Source of the DNA: Pseudovirgaria hyperparasitica
Taxonomy: Eukaryota
Assembly: GCA_010093815.1 (NCBI GenBank)
Contig: ML996584.1
Length of the DNA: 64,000 nt
Direction: 5' to 3' (one strand)
Numbering within the stretch: position 1 is the stretch's first letter; each line of letters opens with the position of its first letter. The position numbers were made by a program, and so were the translations under genes. This document shows, piece by piece, positions 13,514 to 26,680 of the stretch. Below the pieces are notes generated by a model that saw nothing but the letters and a program-made list of their open reading frames with translations, did not search any database and was not told where the DNA came from.

Positions 13514-14623
13514 CTACTGCTTGTTCAGAAGCACAGCGCGGTACCGTAGTTTACCAGCATCAAGTTTTTCCATGGCTTCTTCTATGCCCTTTTCGCTCAT
13601 CTCAAACTTCTCGACCATAGGCTTGATGCCGTGATGGGCGGCGAACTCAAGCATGCGCTGATGCACAAGACGTGGTGCAACGAGGGAATTCTGGATAACT
13701 AAGCCATTTGACATCATCTGCATGTGTGGAATGGCAAAGTCACCCTCTGCGACTGACAGGGGGAAAATCTTTGCGCCGCGGTTGAGTAGCGGGATGTATA
13801 GACTCCAGTCTAGGGAAACAGTCAGTAAGTATCACATTGAACAAGAGTTCGATGTCCTACCAGGCAGAGCGGAAGCAGTGACGATGAGAGCATCGAGCGG
13901 ACGACCGATATCTGTGTCGCCCGGCTTCTTGTCCTTCATGGCGTAGAAGGAGCTAGCGCCTAGTTCCATGGCTTCATCCTTTTTCGATTCTGTTCCGCTG
14001 AATACAACGACATCGCATCCTTTCTTAGAAGCGAACTGGATTGCAAGATGCCCTAGCCCACCAACACCGATTATGCCCACGCGGTCTGTCGATTTGACGT
14101 TGTGTATTTCGAGAGCGCCAAAGACGGTTGCACCACCGCATTGTAGAGGTGCGGCGTGCTCATCTGCGATTGAGTCTGGGACCTTGAAGAGAAAAGCTTC
14201 TCTCCACACAGCACCTGTGCCGAAACTTCCTTGGTCGAGATCTGCCTCTCCGTACATCGCGCGCGACCAGCAGAAAGTGTCCATGCCTATCGAAGGTGTT
14301 AGCAAGTAGGGACATTCATAGGCCAGAGGGGAGTAGGTACCTGTCAAACAGTGCTCACACTCTCCACAAGTGTCGTGAACGTAACCCCAGCCGACACGAT
14401 CACCTTTCTGCAAGTGCTTAACGGCTGGGCCGGTCTCTTCGACAATGCCAACACCTTCGTGGCCAAGAGCCATTGGCTGTGTGCGGTAGTGAAGATCAGT
14501 ACCACATACTCCTGATGCAGTGATACGAAGTCGGACAAAATCGCCCTCGAGCTTCTTCAATTGCGTATCGGCCTTCTGGATCCGACCAGACTTCGAGCCT
14601 TTGTAGAAGGTAGCATTTGACAT
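13514..14623 (-). CDS. Zn-dependent medium-chain alcohol dehydrogenase (cinnamyl-ADH-like)
   Basis: GVCGTD, GHEGVG, structural-Zn CGECEHC, APLQCGGATV, Rossmann GVGGLG, C-terminal LRYRAVL; two short introns. Confidence 0.93.
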
Positions 14624-16072
14624 GGTGGAGAGGAGATTGGAGTTAAGCCTTGAGGTAGATTTTTTAGAGATAGTACAGTAATGTACAGTGTAAGAAGATG
14701 CGTGAAAAGTCTAAAGAGTAGGATTTGATAATACGAGAAGCAGTCGAATGCGGCAACGCCAGGTTATATACTGGACCTACGACATGATCATCATCGGATG
14801 GTCCAAGTGTATCCATGTGAAAGGTTACGGTAAACGCGAAAAAAGTCCAACATGAAAGCACTAAACACTTCAGCATGACGTCGCCCCGAACGAGTGGGTC
14901 CGAGAAAGGGCCTTCATGGCTTTGGCGTAGGCAGGGATCATCCGTTGATTTGCCAGCAGCAATCATAGCAGCAGTCTAGAGCGCACGAAGAAGAATCTCC
15001 TCGAAGCTATTGATCTTTATCGGCACATTACTACAGTCGAAAGTAGAAAAGACTGTGTTGTCATTGGATGATGAGAAGAAGATGGCTGCTGGATGAGATT
15101 TCGAACGGACATTAGCAAGGCTGCAATATCCAGCGTGCTTTCAAATCAGCTGTCAAGGATCCATAATTCTTCTGGAAACACTTTATGCAGGAATGATGTA
15201 AGTGACCTGACCTTTTCTGGTTGTGGTTCGCGGCGAGAAATACCTTATTTGGTGGTTCATGCAAGAATTGCAACGTACGTGCATGGGTTCTGGATGCCAG
15301 TCGAATGGGAATACCGCCGACGATTACCCATGAAGATGCCGAGATAACTGCGGCCTGAGTGCTGACTCTGCAGCGAGTTTGTCCCGAGCTTACTCCGCTT
15401 GTGTCCGCCTTCTATCAACACATGTCCCAGAATGGACATCGATGTCTCCTACACCTAATATCTGAGCATATCACATTCGTCAGCATGATAAGCACGTCTC
15501 CGCAAACAGCTCCAACTCCGAGCAAAGATGTCGACTCCATCATTGCCGCTCTCCGGCTGGAATTTGAACATGAATGCTGTGAACGCACGCGTTCCAGCAG
15601 GGGCAGGTCGCGCTTCTGATGACAATAAGCACCAACCTTTCCGTCAGATAGACGCATCTAGACATCCAGCATATGTTGTTCAACTCCACGTATGCCTTAT
15701 CTGCCGCCTTGAGCACTGTTCATCGTACTCGCCAATGGCCAATCCAAGCCAGACCAAGTGAGTGAGAGGACCTCGTGGGGTTCGACGTACAGAGAAGAAA
15801 TGTTGGTGTGGTCTCGTATAGTTAGGATTCTTAATGCGATGATAAGTCTAATAAATCTGCTTTTTGATCTGTTTTGCAATGGAGCAACAGACTGGTATAT
15901 TAATTATTTAGCTATTAGTGGTTACTACTAATGCTGTAGGATCGAACCTAAACGCGCTCAGCCACAATTCAAATCAAGCGTCCTTCGGTTGCCTTGTCAT
16001 TCGAAGTTCGAACACCAACACACTCTACCCACACACAAAATCATCGACAGTGATACGCTTCACATAATCAAG

Positions 16073-17056
16073 ATGCAAGCGAAATCCAAGAAGGCGTCGA
16101 CTTCATCAAAGCAGCTTAGCGATTTTGGAGCCAAGACCCTGTTCTGCTGTCTTTGCTGGCCCATTGTCATCGGCGTCTATTGCTGCAATATGAGAGTAAT
16201 CTGTGGCACTAAGCCCTTCAACGATTTTCCTCCAGCACCATTGCCAGCCCGTCGGCCGCGTAGATTGACTAATGACAAACAAAGATTCCGCCTGCAGAAG
16301 CACTCGCGCAAGGATCAAAGTCAGGCTCAGTTCCTCACGATGCTGCCATTGGAAATCAGACGCCAGGTATATCGCGAGGTGATTGGGAACAGACGTTTCT
16401 ACGTGGTTGTCGAGGAGCTCAGAACGCAGCAGAGCAAGGGCCAAGGTCGCATCGCTGCGTATGAGACGGTCACAGTTGTTGACACCGACCCATACCTGAC
16501 GACCAGGTTCTCACACGAAGCGACCGGTCTGCTCAATCTGCTGACAACATGCTGGCGAATCTATGTCGAAGCGATGCCGATCTTATATGAGTCAAACTCC
16601 TTTGTTATACCCACGAAATTCGGACATCTGAGGACGTTCGAATCGACCATCCTGCCGTCTCGCTTCACATCGATACGTCGCCTCGAATTGACCATCTGCT
16701 ATAATGACCTTCCTCGTGATGCAGCAGCTCGGACGCAAAAAGGTGTGCTCGAGCAGTGGCGGCTCCTCCGAAGCATGGCTAGCCTGAGATTCTTGACTCT
16801 AGCCTTGAGTGGCTTCCGTGCTGACCGACAAGGACCGTACGACGACCTTGTATCTCATGTTCAACAACTTGTTGCGTCGGGCGAGCATCTTCGCAACCTG
16901 CGCCGATGTGTCATCACGTGGCTCTGTGTAGACTCAATAAATCTGACCCTCAAGAGAGCACTCGACAAGGTAACACCACGGCACAATATCTCACTGCTTG
17001 TATCGGAGAGGCCGATTGACTCTGCGCAAGTAGAATCCATGGATTTATCGAACTAG
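16073..17056 (+). CDS. F-box-like fungal protein (DUF7730-like)
   Basis: 'FLTMLPLEIRRQVYREVI' and 'LLTTCWRIYVEAMPILYESNSF'; Cys-rich hydrophobic segment near the N-terminus; first ATG at 16073. Confidence 0.7.
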   Translation: MQAKSKKASTSSKQLSDFGAKTLFCCLCWPIVIGVYCCNMRVICGTKPFNDFPPAPLPARRPRRLTNDKQRFRLQKHSRKDQSQAQFLTMLPLEIRRQVYREVIGNRRFYVVVEELRTQQSKGQGRIAAYETVTVVDTDPYLTTRFSHEATGLLNLLTTCWRIYVEAMPILYESNSFVIPTKFGHLRTFESTILPSRFTSIRRLELTICYNDLPRDAAARTQKGVLEQWRLLRSMASLRFLTLALSGFRADRQGPYDDLVSHVQQLVASGEHLRNLRRCVITWLCVDSINLTLKRALDKVTPRHNISLLVSERPIDSAQVESMDLSN

Positions 17057-17289
17057 GATGGCTGCGGAGAGTGAATAGTGCCTAATGGCGGTATACGTTG
17101 GCACGGATGCGGCGGATCCATCCGGATCCAGCCATTCTTTTTACACACATCCTGTATATATATGCTACTATTTCTAACGAACCTTATAAGTTAAGAGAGG
17201 CTGCAGAGGCACATCATCAAATCAAGGAGCTGAGCATAAGTCGACTATGCACACTACGTATCCCTTCCTCATAAAACGCCTCATACACA

Positions 17290-17403
17290 ATGAGCTTCAG
17301 CGGATTAAGCGATATGCATTACCAAGCAACAGACATCACGGGCCTTACAGACCTTAAAAAAATGGCATGCAGGCAGGCGAGTAGGTCACAGATACAAGAG
17401 GAA

Positions 17404-17438
<35 letters not shown>

Positions 17439-18523
17439 AGAAGAAGAAGACGAAGACGAAGACGAAGACGAAGACGAAGAGCGAGATAGCCATCAACGCA
17501 TCGACAAAACCTTGACAAAGTTCTTCCGCAAGATGCAACTCCCAAAAGTAGTCTTCAGACATAAGCTACGCAAGCCCAGCCATGTGCAAAGTCAGCCTGA
17601 GCAAACCCGGTCGGGTCTGCTCGATCTGCCCGTCGAACTGCGCCTCGAGATCTACGAGTACCTCTTCGCGGATGGCACCTTGTACGTGATTCCACAGTGC
17701 ACACGCCGCTCGGGTGTAATTTTCACTTCCAAGACCAGTATATCTGACCTTTATCAAGGGCCTATGACTGAGGAAGTGCTGGACTGGTCGTGGCGCGTAC
17801 AGCTGTATTTGAACGAAAATTGCGGCAGCCGTCGTCTTGAGAGGTTGCTGTGGGATCATGGCAATAGTCGCTATGTAGGAACGATGTGCAGGAGTCTTTA
17901 CTATCGCACACCGCCGCCTTTCAGAACAAACATCATTCGCACCTGCTGGAAACTGTTTGTCTCGCCGTCCTATATAGGTCTGCGCCTGTATCACCAGCTA
18001 ATATACACCGCACAGTTACCTCGAAGCTGCGCCCTTGCTGTACAGCTCCAACAAGATAGTGTTCCCCTTCACATTCACCGATTTCTCGTCCTTTGCACGC
18101 CATATCCCGCTTCGTCAGATGGGCTTCGGTCCGTCGAGCAAGTCCTGCCTCGACCTGATCCGCACGCTCGACCTCAACTACACGTCGTGCTACTACTTTG
18201 ACGACCCGACAAAGACATGGCTGCAATTGCGCCAACTGCGCAGCCTGAAACTGCTGCGCATCAGGATCCTCGTGCCGCAGCACAGGTATCTGGAGGAGCA
18301 GGCCAGGCTGTTTATCACGCAGGTGATGGAATTCATATCACATAACGATAGCGAGAGAGTGGTGGACGTGCATGTTGTTACGAATGGTAGATGGGGATTC
18401 ATGGGTGCTTTGCACGAGGTCGGACTTGTGGAGCTGCCGTTGGACGAGCCGGGTTCGCGGGTGTTTCAGCATCACACTTGGAGGAAGCAGAGGAATGGGG
18501 AAGAGGAGAAGCAGGATACGTAA
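17290..18523 (+). CDS. F-box-like fungal protein (DUF7730-like), same family as the upstream gene; start uncertain (17290/17360/17533)
   Basis: 'LLDLPVELRLEIYEYLF' and 'IIRTCWKL[intron ~17956-18015]YLEAAPLLYSSNKIVF'. Confidence 0.65.
17398..17481 (+). repeat. (GAA)n/(GACGAA)n microsatellite; poly-Glu/Asp if translated
   Basis: Direct reading. Confidence 0.9.
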
Positions 18524-19277
18524 GGCGGCTGTGGCGTATAGTCATGTGTGCCGTCTGGTCAGACTGTAAGACCCCCTTCTAAAGCATCTAGAACGGCACT
18601 CCCTCGCACTGACGCGCAGCAGATGAAGGGAGAATGGTGTGTAGGTAAGGCGTTTATCAATTTTAATTTATCAAAGCAAATACCAAACAGTGTACGTTAA
18701 GCAGATTGCAATATAATAGAGAGAGCCATAGCATGTAGATACAGAAATCGTTATATACAATATCAGGGTATTATTCCCCAACGCCCCCAACAGAGCCCAC
18801 CACCAGGAGAACCCCGTCAAGTCGTCCGCAATCCAAGCACTTTTTGTTGTAAATCCATCGCCATTAGCATCGTCGTCGTCATTGTCGTCGTCGTAGCAAG
18901 AGTAGTGGTAGTAGTAGTCGTGATGCTAAGCCCTCTTCCAAGGCAAGATAACGCCTTGCGGTTGTGGTACGTAATACAGGATACCCCGATGAGAGTGAAA
19001 TGATGAGAAACCGCTACCGATGAAGCCCCCCGAGATGACATGATGATGATGAAGAAGAAGATGAAGCAGTCGACGGGTATGAGGAAAATCAGTGCAATAA
19101 ACGCCGTGCCAGATGCTCGCGAGAATCAGAACCAGCTCGCTCGAATCCCAGCCTGGCGCCGAGTAGACAATGATCAGGAAGAAAAAAAGCCACGTAGAAA
19201 CCGAAAAAGAGGAGAGGAGAGTCGTGCGTCCGAAATGAAACCCCCCCATCGTTCACTTCATGAATGAATGCCTTATT

Positions 19278-19805
19278 TCAAGACCGATTCGACAGCGTCC
19301 TCGTCATCTTCCTCCACACGCCCTCCCCGCTGCCCCTCCGCCCTTCCTCCATCTCCTCCTCGCTCACCGACCCAGCCTTCCCCTCACGATCACCAACACC
19401 ACCACCACGCATGAAATTCCCCGCGCCCCCACGCCCAATATGATACACGGGCGCCGCACGCTCCTGCAACCGGCGCTGCACGGCCAACTCCTCGTCGAAG
19501 CTGAAGATGGCGCGCTCGCGCTGGGAGCCGAAGAAGCGGTGCAGGTTGCCTGCGCCGCCGCGGCCGGAGGCGTAGTAGGCGGATGGTTCGCATGCGGTTG
19601 CGGATGTGGAAGTGGTGTCGGATGATTGATTGCGGGTGTGGGAGGTCAGGGGGATGCGGGAGGCGGGACCGGAGGCGGTGCGGCCGGGGGTGAGGTTTGC
19701 GGGGGCTTTGGTGAAGTTGCCGGCGCCGCCGCGGCCGGTGTAGATGTAGTGGGAGGTTGGGACTGTGGGGTGGGGTTCGGTGATGGAGTAGGTGCGGGAG
19801 GACAT
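19278..19805 (-). CDS. DUF3602-family small protein
   Basis: Three GRGGAGN motifs and 'FSFDEEL'; ATG at 19805 in good context, with a TATA-like element ~265 bp upstream. Confidence 0.85.
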   Translation of the reverse strand: MSSRTYSITEPHPTVPTSHYIYTGRGGAGNFTKAPANLTPGRTASGPASRIPLTSHTRNQSSDTTSTSATACEPSAYYASGRGGAGNLHRFFGSQRERAIFSFDEELAVQRRLQERAAPVYHIGRGGAGNFMRGGGVGDREGKAGSVSEEEMEEGRRGSGEGVWRKMTRTLSNRS

Positions 19806-20822
19806 TTTGGAGGTGTGGTGTGTGGTGTGGTGTGGTGAGGTTTGGTTGGTGGTGATGGTTTGTTGTTGTGGTGTTTGAGAGGTGTGTGTGTATGTGAGAG
19901 TGTGTATGTATATATGTATGCTGTTGATATATACGGACGAGTATGCTTGTAGTAGTAGTAGTAGTAGTAGTAGTGATAGCAGTAGCAGCAACAGTAGAGT
20001 ATAAACTGTGAAGAGTGTGGTAGATGTTTCCAACAAAACCCACGATAGTATTCCGGGCGGGAGCTTTATATAGCAAAACCCTCCATGACCACCCGGTACC
20101 AACACGGCCAACTAGAAAGCACAGACAGAGCAAACAGTCACGATGACACGAGCCCGACGCAGATTGGATGTCCAGGCCTGCCCCAGCCAGCAAAACCTTC
20201 GCCTCGTGATCAGTCCCAGCGCAAAGAAAACTCTGTCCGGGGCGCAAGTCATTTAATGGCTAGGTAGGTAGATGGCAACATCGTGACAAAGCCAAGCCGC
20301 CGCCTTCTCACACTCGGTCCCCCCCCCCTTGGCCTTGGGTGCTGTGGTGCCGCTGTGTGGCAAGAAAGCGAGCTAGAACATGCGCCTTTCCCGAGAGTTA
20401 CAATACAGGGCTGGGCGATCGAGACCCGCCTTTTGTCGGTGTAGATATGTATGCGTGTGTGTGGAATTGGCATAGTCGGCGGCTTAGACAGCAGTGTTCG
20501 CATAAACTGACTACCCGATTCGGGAAATCTTACAGATAACATACATGACTCAGCAGCCGCCTCTCCACCGTAACGCCCCAGCTCAGAGTTTTCCAGCTTA
20601 AGCCGTTAACTGCAACGCGCCGCCCAAAACCAAGCCGCGCCCCAAGAACAACCCAGGCACTACTGAGCACAAGCCCAGCACTACTGAGCACACACACCCA
20701 CCAGCCAAACGTAATCGACTCCTTGGAAGTTGGACCGGATTTTCAGGAACCACGAGTCCCCCCCCTTGCAATATCTGGTGACCGCTCACTTACCCCCTAG
20801 TCAGCACCAATGGCCATTTCCC

Positions 20823-20882
20823 ATTACCCCCAGGAAACTCCTCGATTACCCCCAGGAAACTACTTCATTACCCCCAGGAAAC
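20823..20882 (+). repeat. 22-bp period repeat with a 16-bp core ATTACCCCCAGGAAAC x3
   Basis: Cores at 20823, 20845, 20867. Confidence 0.9.
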
Positions 20883-22649
20883 CTCAATCGGGTCTGGTGC
20901 CGCTGCGGGAGTGGACATCGTGAGATTTGCTTGCTTGCTTGCCAATGCCCAGTACGCACCTTGTCGGTTGCGCGTGCGTGCGTGGATGAATGGTGCAATT
21001 TGAATTCGTGACTCGGGCCTTGGTCGTTTCGTCTTGTTCTGGGTACTATCATCATTGTGCCCAGTTCGTCGTGCCAAGGGTGCTGGTTGCCTGTGAATGT
21101 GTGCATGTGTGTGTTTGTGTGGACGATGCGATACGATATAATGTGTTGTGTTGTCGACTGCATCAACATCACCATCAACATCACCAAGAAGAAGAACAAC
21201 ACCAGCACCCACCGATCGATGCAAGCGATACCATGATCTCACATCCACCCGACAACACAAGCTTTTCGCAAACCACCCTCCCCCTGCTGACACGGCCCTG
21301 ATTCATGCACTTGTACAACATGTCTGGTTTGTGCATCTCCGGACCTTCACATCATTTCTCCTATACCTGTCATCATCACAATCATCATCATCGTCTTCAG
21401 CATTGACATCCATCATCAAAGAAAATCCTGCCTCCTCCTCCTCCTAATAATAATAAATTATGATTGCTCCGTGAGAAAGTTAAATTCCATCTCTCCGCCG
21501 CACATGGCCGGAGTGTTTTACGATGAATAATAAAACATAGCCAAGCGCACTGACAGCAAAGCGCATCTGCGTCCGTCCGTCCTCAAGCAACATAGCCCTC
21601 CGGCGTAGTACATACAATAGTCCAGTCAGTCCAGATCTGCGACTAACACACTTGACACTTGATTAACAGATATATCTTACCTACCAGACCGCTTGGCAGT
21701 CAGTCCGTCGTTCACACCGCAACGCATTGGCACTGGAATGACCTAGTATCACGATGAGCGGTAGTGGGCGGGCGGAATTTGAAAATTCTCTACTTCCAAG
21801 TGATTGATTATTCACACTACAGAAACCTCATGATTGTTCTCGTTTACCGACAAGACAGTACGTGGCTTCCTCATGGCGTGTACTTCCCCGCATTCCGCTT
21901 TGCCTGTTAAAGGGATGAAGGTGGAGTATCATTGCTAAGAATATATGGATAGGCACCACCTGACCAGGGGGGGCCCAGGTGTCAGGGGATCGCCGAGCCG
22001 TGCCTTAGCGAGACTGCGCGGCTCTACGGTTGGTTTTGGTTTTGGGTCATTCTGGGATCAGAGCTGGGCTGGCGTGGCTGACTGAACTTGCTGGCTGGCT
22101 TGAGCCTTGAGGGCATCTCGTGCACACCCCGAGTTTTCCAGGGCGCACGTAGAATAGTTGACAAAGTCTATTCGTCTACTATACTTTGGGGGATTGATTA
22201 TGGTGGTGCTGGTGCTCTGGGGGTATTTCCGATTTCTAGATGCCTCACAACAACAAAACGCCCTTTACAATGCCATGCTCACTTACTTACACCTCCGCAT
22301 ATTCACGGCCTTTTTTTTTTGACAACACTTTCTTTGGCCTTTCGCTTCGCCACTTTGGGCACCCCTGCCAACATAACATGACATGTTCATCAGGTAACAA
22401 AAATGGTCTTGCGTCCATCAATAGCCTGGACGAGCCCGTTGCCATGCGGGGAAAACTGGGGCAGTGTAGCTTCGCCAAACGACACGTTACGCTATCGCTG
22501 CCGCACGCTGACAGCCATTCGCCCTATTGAGCTAGTTCGCGCCCGTCGTATTGTCTCCCTAGGGGGCAGGTGAGGTTCTGGTAACTGAAAGTAGTAGGGC
22601 CGGTACGTTGGATTTTGCGGGGAACGAACGTGTGCGTTGCGAGAGCTGT

Positions 22650-23949
22650 CTAGGCGAATTTGGTATGGATGATGTCTGGATTCTCTTGCCATTCGTCTTT
22701 CTCTACCCACATCTACAGGGCAAGAGTTAGCTGTGTTGGCTGTTGAGATCATTTCAATTACTTACCTTTTTGAATGTACTCAGACCCGCTAGAATACTGC
22801 CTCCGGCCCAGGTGGTGTATATTCGCTCTGGGGGTGCGAAGATTTTGATGCGTGTGTCCTTGGGTGCTAGCCGTTGTACCTCACTCAGAAGCCTGTCACC
22901 AAAGCCTTTGGTGAGCGTGGACCCTCCTGACAGCACTATGCTGCTGTAAAGAGACTTCCGAAGATCCATGTCGCAGCGTGTGATTGACTCGACCACAATT
23001 TGGTGTACGCCGTGGTACTCAGTTCCAATAAGCTCAGGATTGAAAAGTATCTCCGGGGCGCGGAACCGCTCAGCACCAATCTGCAGCCCTCATTAGCAGG
23101 GATCCTTCACGTCTCACAACAGCATGCGCATTGCTCACCTTGAGCTTATTCCCATCAGGTAATGAATACTCCATGCTCTTTGGATCAGACCTGGACGAGC
23201 TTGCTGTCCATTCCTTTTCCTCTCTTTCTGGGTTTATTGCGACGTATCCGCATTTCTCCTTGATCTGTTTCACCACCTCCTTCTCCGCACTGGTGTGAAA
23301 GACGTATCCACTCTTGCGCAGCAAGGTTTGAAGGTACTCCGTCACGTCTCGTCCTGCAACATCTATCCTACGTACACTGTTGGGGATGGCGAATCCCTCG
23401 TACACCGGCACGGCGTGCGACACGCCGTCCCCTGCATCGAGTACTATGCCTGTGGTCTTGCCAGAAGCGTAGAGGGACAGGACAGCCTGTATGGATGTGT
23501 AGAGGGCGGGTACGTTGAAGGTCTCAAAAAGGATCTGTGCGGCCGTCTCGCGGTTCGAGCGCGGATTGAGTGGAGGTTCGGTGAGGAGGACAGGGTGCTT
23601 AACGCGCCGTCAGTAGCCATTTGCGGTCAATCCCAGGCAGACTCACATCCTCCGTTGGAGGTTTCAGTTCCTCGTATACATATTGCCATATCCTTTCCAT
23701 GTCGTCCCAGTCTGTGACTATGCCGTGCTCCAATGGATAGTTGATCTTCAACAGTCCCCTGAACTCCTGAGCTTTGGGTCCAATGAACACATCACCTTCC
23801 AGCGCGCCGGCGAGAACTCGGGAATGCTTCGGTCGACCGACAAATGATGGGAAATAGCATTTGGGGAAATCTTGACCTGCAAACCCAGCTCTTATCGACC
23901 CACTACCATTGTCGATGACAATGGCAGCGTTGAGCAACCTTGAGCTCAT
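22650..23949 (-). CDS. ARP1: Actin-related protein 1 (centractin, dynactin filament), 4 exons
   Basis: [16 protein letters not shown], '[33 protein letters not shown]', [11 protein letters not shown]-terminus '[20 protein letters not shown]'. Confidence 0.93.
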
Positions 23950-24287
23950 ATTGAACGTTTCCGGGATGCTAGGCGTCTAACACATGAGCCACGGGAGGTT
24001 GTAGGCAGACTCAAGCTTCAGACAAGTGATGGGAAAGCTTTGTAGGCAAACGAAGCTGGCGGAGTTGATTGCAATCCTTATTGGAGCTCCCTTGCGCGTC
24101 ACGAACTTTCTAGGACGCGACCCTGCCAAGCCTCTGTAGCTTACTCAGCCTCGGTCTTGATGGACATCACCCTGTCCATCATAGAGAGATTGCAAGGCAT
24201 TCTAATCAAATACATGACTGTGCTCAGGCAAGTCGATTGATACATCGCGTTCGTCCACACAGGTCAGCACTCTATTCCCGTAACGAC

Positions 24288-25870
24288 TTACAACTTAACC
24301 TCAAAGCGTGTGCGTGTCATCTCCCCGTATCGTAGCAATATCACCGCTGTCGGTACATTGAGCAAAGCAATGAAAGCAAGCAAACTGTTCGCTCATCAAT
24401 ACCCAAGCGAGTCGTACATTGGGTTCGCAGCTAGAGGCAGGACAGCACTGACGATTGACCGAACGACACTCGCGGCTCCGGTGGCACTGACCGGATGAAC
24501 TGCAAAGCAGTCAACCAGATACATTTGTGACGGCATGTAGTTGTACATGACCCCCATGGCGATCAGTGCGCTTCCAATGATTGGCAGAATGAAATAAGTC
24601 CGATATTCGACTGTCCAGCCATAGATGAGAAATCCAGCTGGCAGCACTGCACCTCCGACGAGCAGCAATGGCAGACGATGCTCGGGTTTCGACTCTCTGC
24701 CGTTCTTGGACATCATGACTCGGACGAACCGGCCAGAGAAGTATCCTGCAGTCACTTCGCTAAACACAAGACCGACAGCTATGCCCAGATAGGCCAGTCC
24801 GCTTTGTGATGCAGTAAAGCCATATGCATCTTGGAAGACAGTGCCTAAGATGCTCAAAGCGAGTATGAAATATCCGTTACGCAACGGATGTTGTGAAGGT
24901 CAGAAGGATCGTGACGGGTGATCTGTAGAATAACTTCGCTGGTCGGATCTAAGCCGCACGAAGCTCTGCTTTCTTCTTAGCCGGAGATGGTCTGATGATA
25001 TTGATTTTTTCGTATGGCATATGTTTTTCAGCCAGCCATTTTGCTTTCACTATCGTTCCGCATGATTCGCGATACAGCACGATTATCAGCGCACCAAACG
25101 TGCCAGCCTGGGTTATATCGTCAGCTGTACTCTGCAGAGGTAATCTCTTCACCAACAGCCATCAGGCATATCCAGAACATCCACCTCCATTCGACATGCT
25201 CAGCGATATAGTCACTCGTGATTGGACCTGTGCCGACATTAGCAAAAGTTACAGCATTCATATGGAAACGCTCAATTACCCAAAGTCGGGTCCTGTAGCA
25301 GAATGTATCAGCAGCGATAACATGAATAGCCCCGCGATCAAGCAACTTACCATTCCAGGTCCCATGAGAATGACTGACATTCCTAATCCACGTTGCTCGA
25401 CGGAAATCAAGTCTGCCACAAACACATTGGCCATCAACAGCAAAGCAATCTGTCCAAAGCCACCGATGGCTCTAAAGACAACAAACATAGCGATACAAGT
25501 GCTTGCACTACTACTAGCTAACGAAACAAGGAGCAGCGGTAAGCCCACACGCAAGACTATCGCACGCCCATAGAGCTCTGAGACGGGGGCAACAAGAAGC
25601 GGACCAACGATATAGCCCATCATGTATATCGAGACCACAAGGGACTCCACAGCAGAGGACTGGGAATGGAACTCAGTCATCACGACTGGCATCGCCGGTT
25701 CAAAAGCCGTAAATGCCATGGATCTCCAGTGTTGTAGTAAAAGTATCAGACTTGTACTACGGCATTCACTGTAGTAGAACTTTACCGATAGTACTCACGC
25801 AATGCAATTCGACAGAGCTATAGAGACCACTAACGACCATCTTTTTATCAACGACCAATTGAGGGGATTC
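24288..25870 (-). pseudogene. MFS drug:H+ antiporter (DHA1-like) pseudogene
   Basis: Motifs NPLNW, 'APVSELYGR', 'WRWMFW', 'KPEHRL', 'YLVDCF' are present. In-frame TAG at 24949-24951 ('AA*IRPAKLF'), a frameshift near 24880, and tandem TGA TGA at 24393-24398 ('LGY**ANSLLAF', canonical GYGWxNSLL). Confidence 0.85.
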
Positions 25871-26399
25871 TATGCTTCCATTCGCCATAATTTGTCCAAG
25901 TAAGGTACGATTGTCGGTTCTAGTTTCTCATCAGAATGTCTTGATACTGTTTTTGGAGGCGAGGCTGCTTCCTTCGAGTAGGGCGCCTCTGTGCAGGAGG
26001 TGCTTGGCTGAGATATTTCTCCAGCACGCTTTTCGTGCTCCATAGCAATCGACTGATGGGCTTATAGCAGGAGGGTCGAAAGCGACGAACGTGCGTCGCC
26101 CAACGACCTTCACTCTCTGTTGATGAGTGGTATCTTGCCGTCGATCCAAGGCCTGGGTTGCATTTCGCCTTGATAAGCGCCTGTGTAGGTCCCATATGGC
26201 ACGTACGGCGACGATCAAAGAGAGGCAATTCGATCAGGCTGTAGCTGTGCCACACAGATCTCCCGAAGTTGATTAAGGCTAACATGAACATGAGGTGACT
26301 GTTAGCTGACTATTCTGATATTCGTGAAGCAAGGTAACATACCGGGGCACGATCCGTCAGTAACTTTTGCCGCGCTACTGTTGGTACGCATTTTTCGCG

Positions 26400-26680
26400 C
26401 ATCATCACCTACATGTCTTATTCTTAAAAACTTGAATTTATCCTTATTTCCTCTAGGATTTATAGTCTTACTTTCTATATGTAAGAAAGACAAAAGAAAA
26501 AGTATAGATAAAGCAGTTATCCTAAGAAAAGCTTCTAATGTTGGATTTCGTATAGAGAATTCAGGAAAAGGGGCGGACCGTAGTTTTTTCTACATATTTT
26601 TCTCTTTAAAGCTCTCTTAAGCCAAAATAGTAGTACTATCTTTTCATTAGAAAATCTAGGGAACTAGATTTTAAAGGGTG
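26400..26680. mobile_element. Short AT-rich RIP-like relic
   Basis: Abrupt TpA-rich, CpA/TpG-poor island inside GC-balanced DNA; no recognisable domain. Confidence 0.45.

Noticed and set aside
14700..15980. Short overlapping ORFs between the ADH and F-box-like genes
   Set aside because: No domain signal or consistent splice pattern; treated as a divergent promoter region
19806..20247. Long N-terminal extensions and overlapping ORFs of the DUF3602 gene
   Set aside because: They run through simple repeats and the TATA region; more likely 5' UTR and promoter
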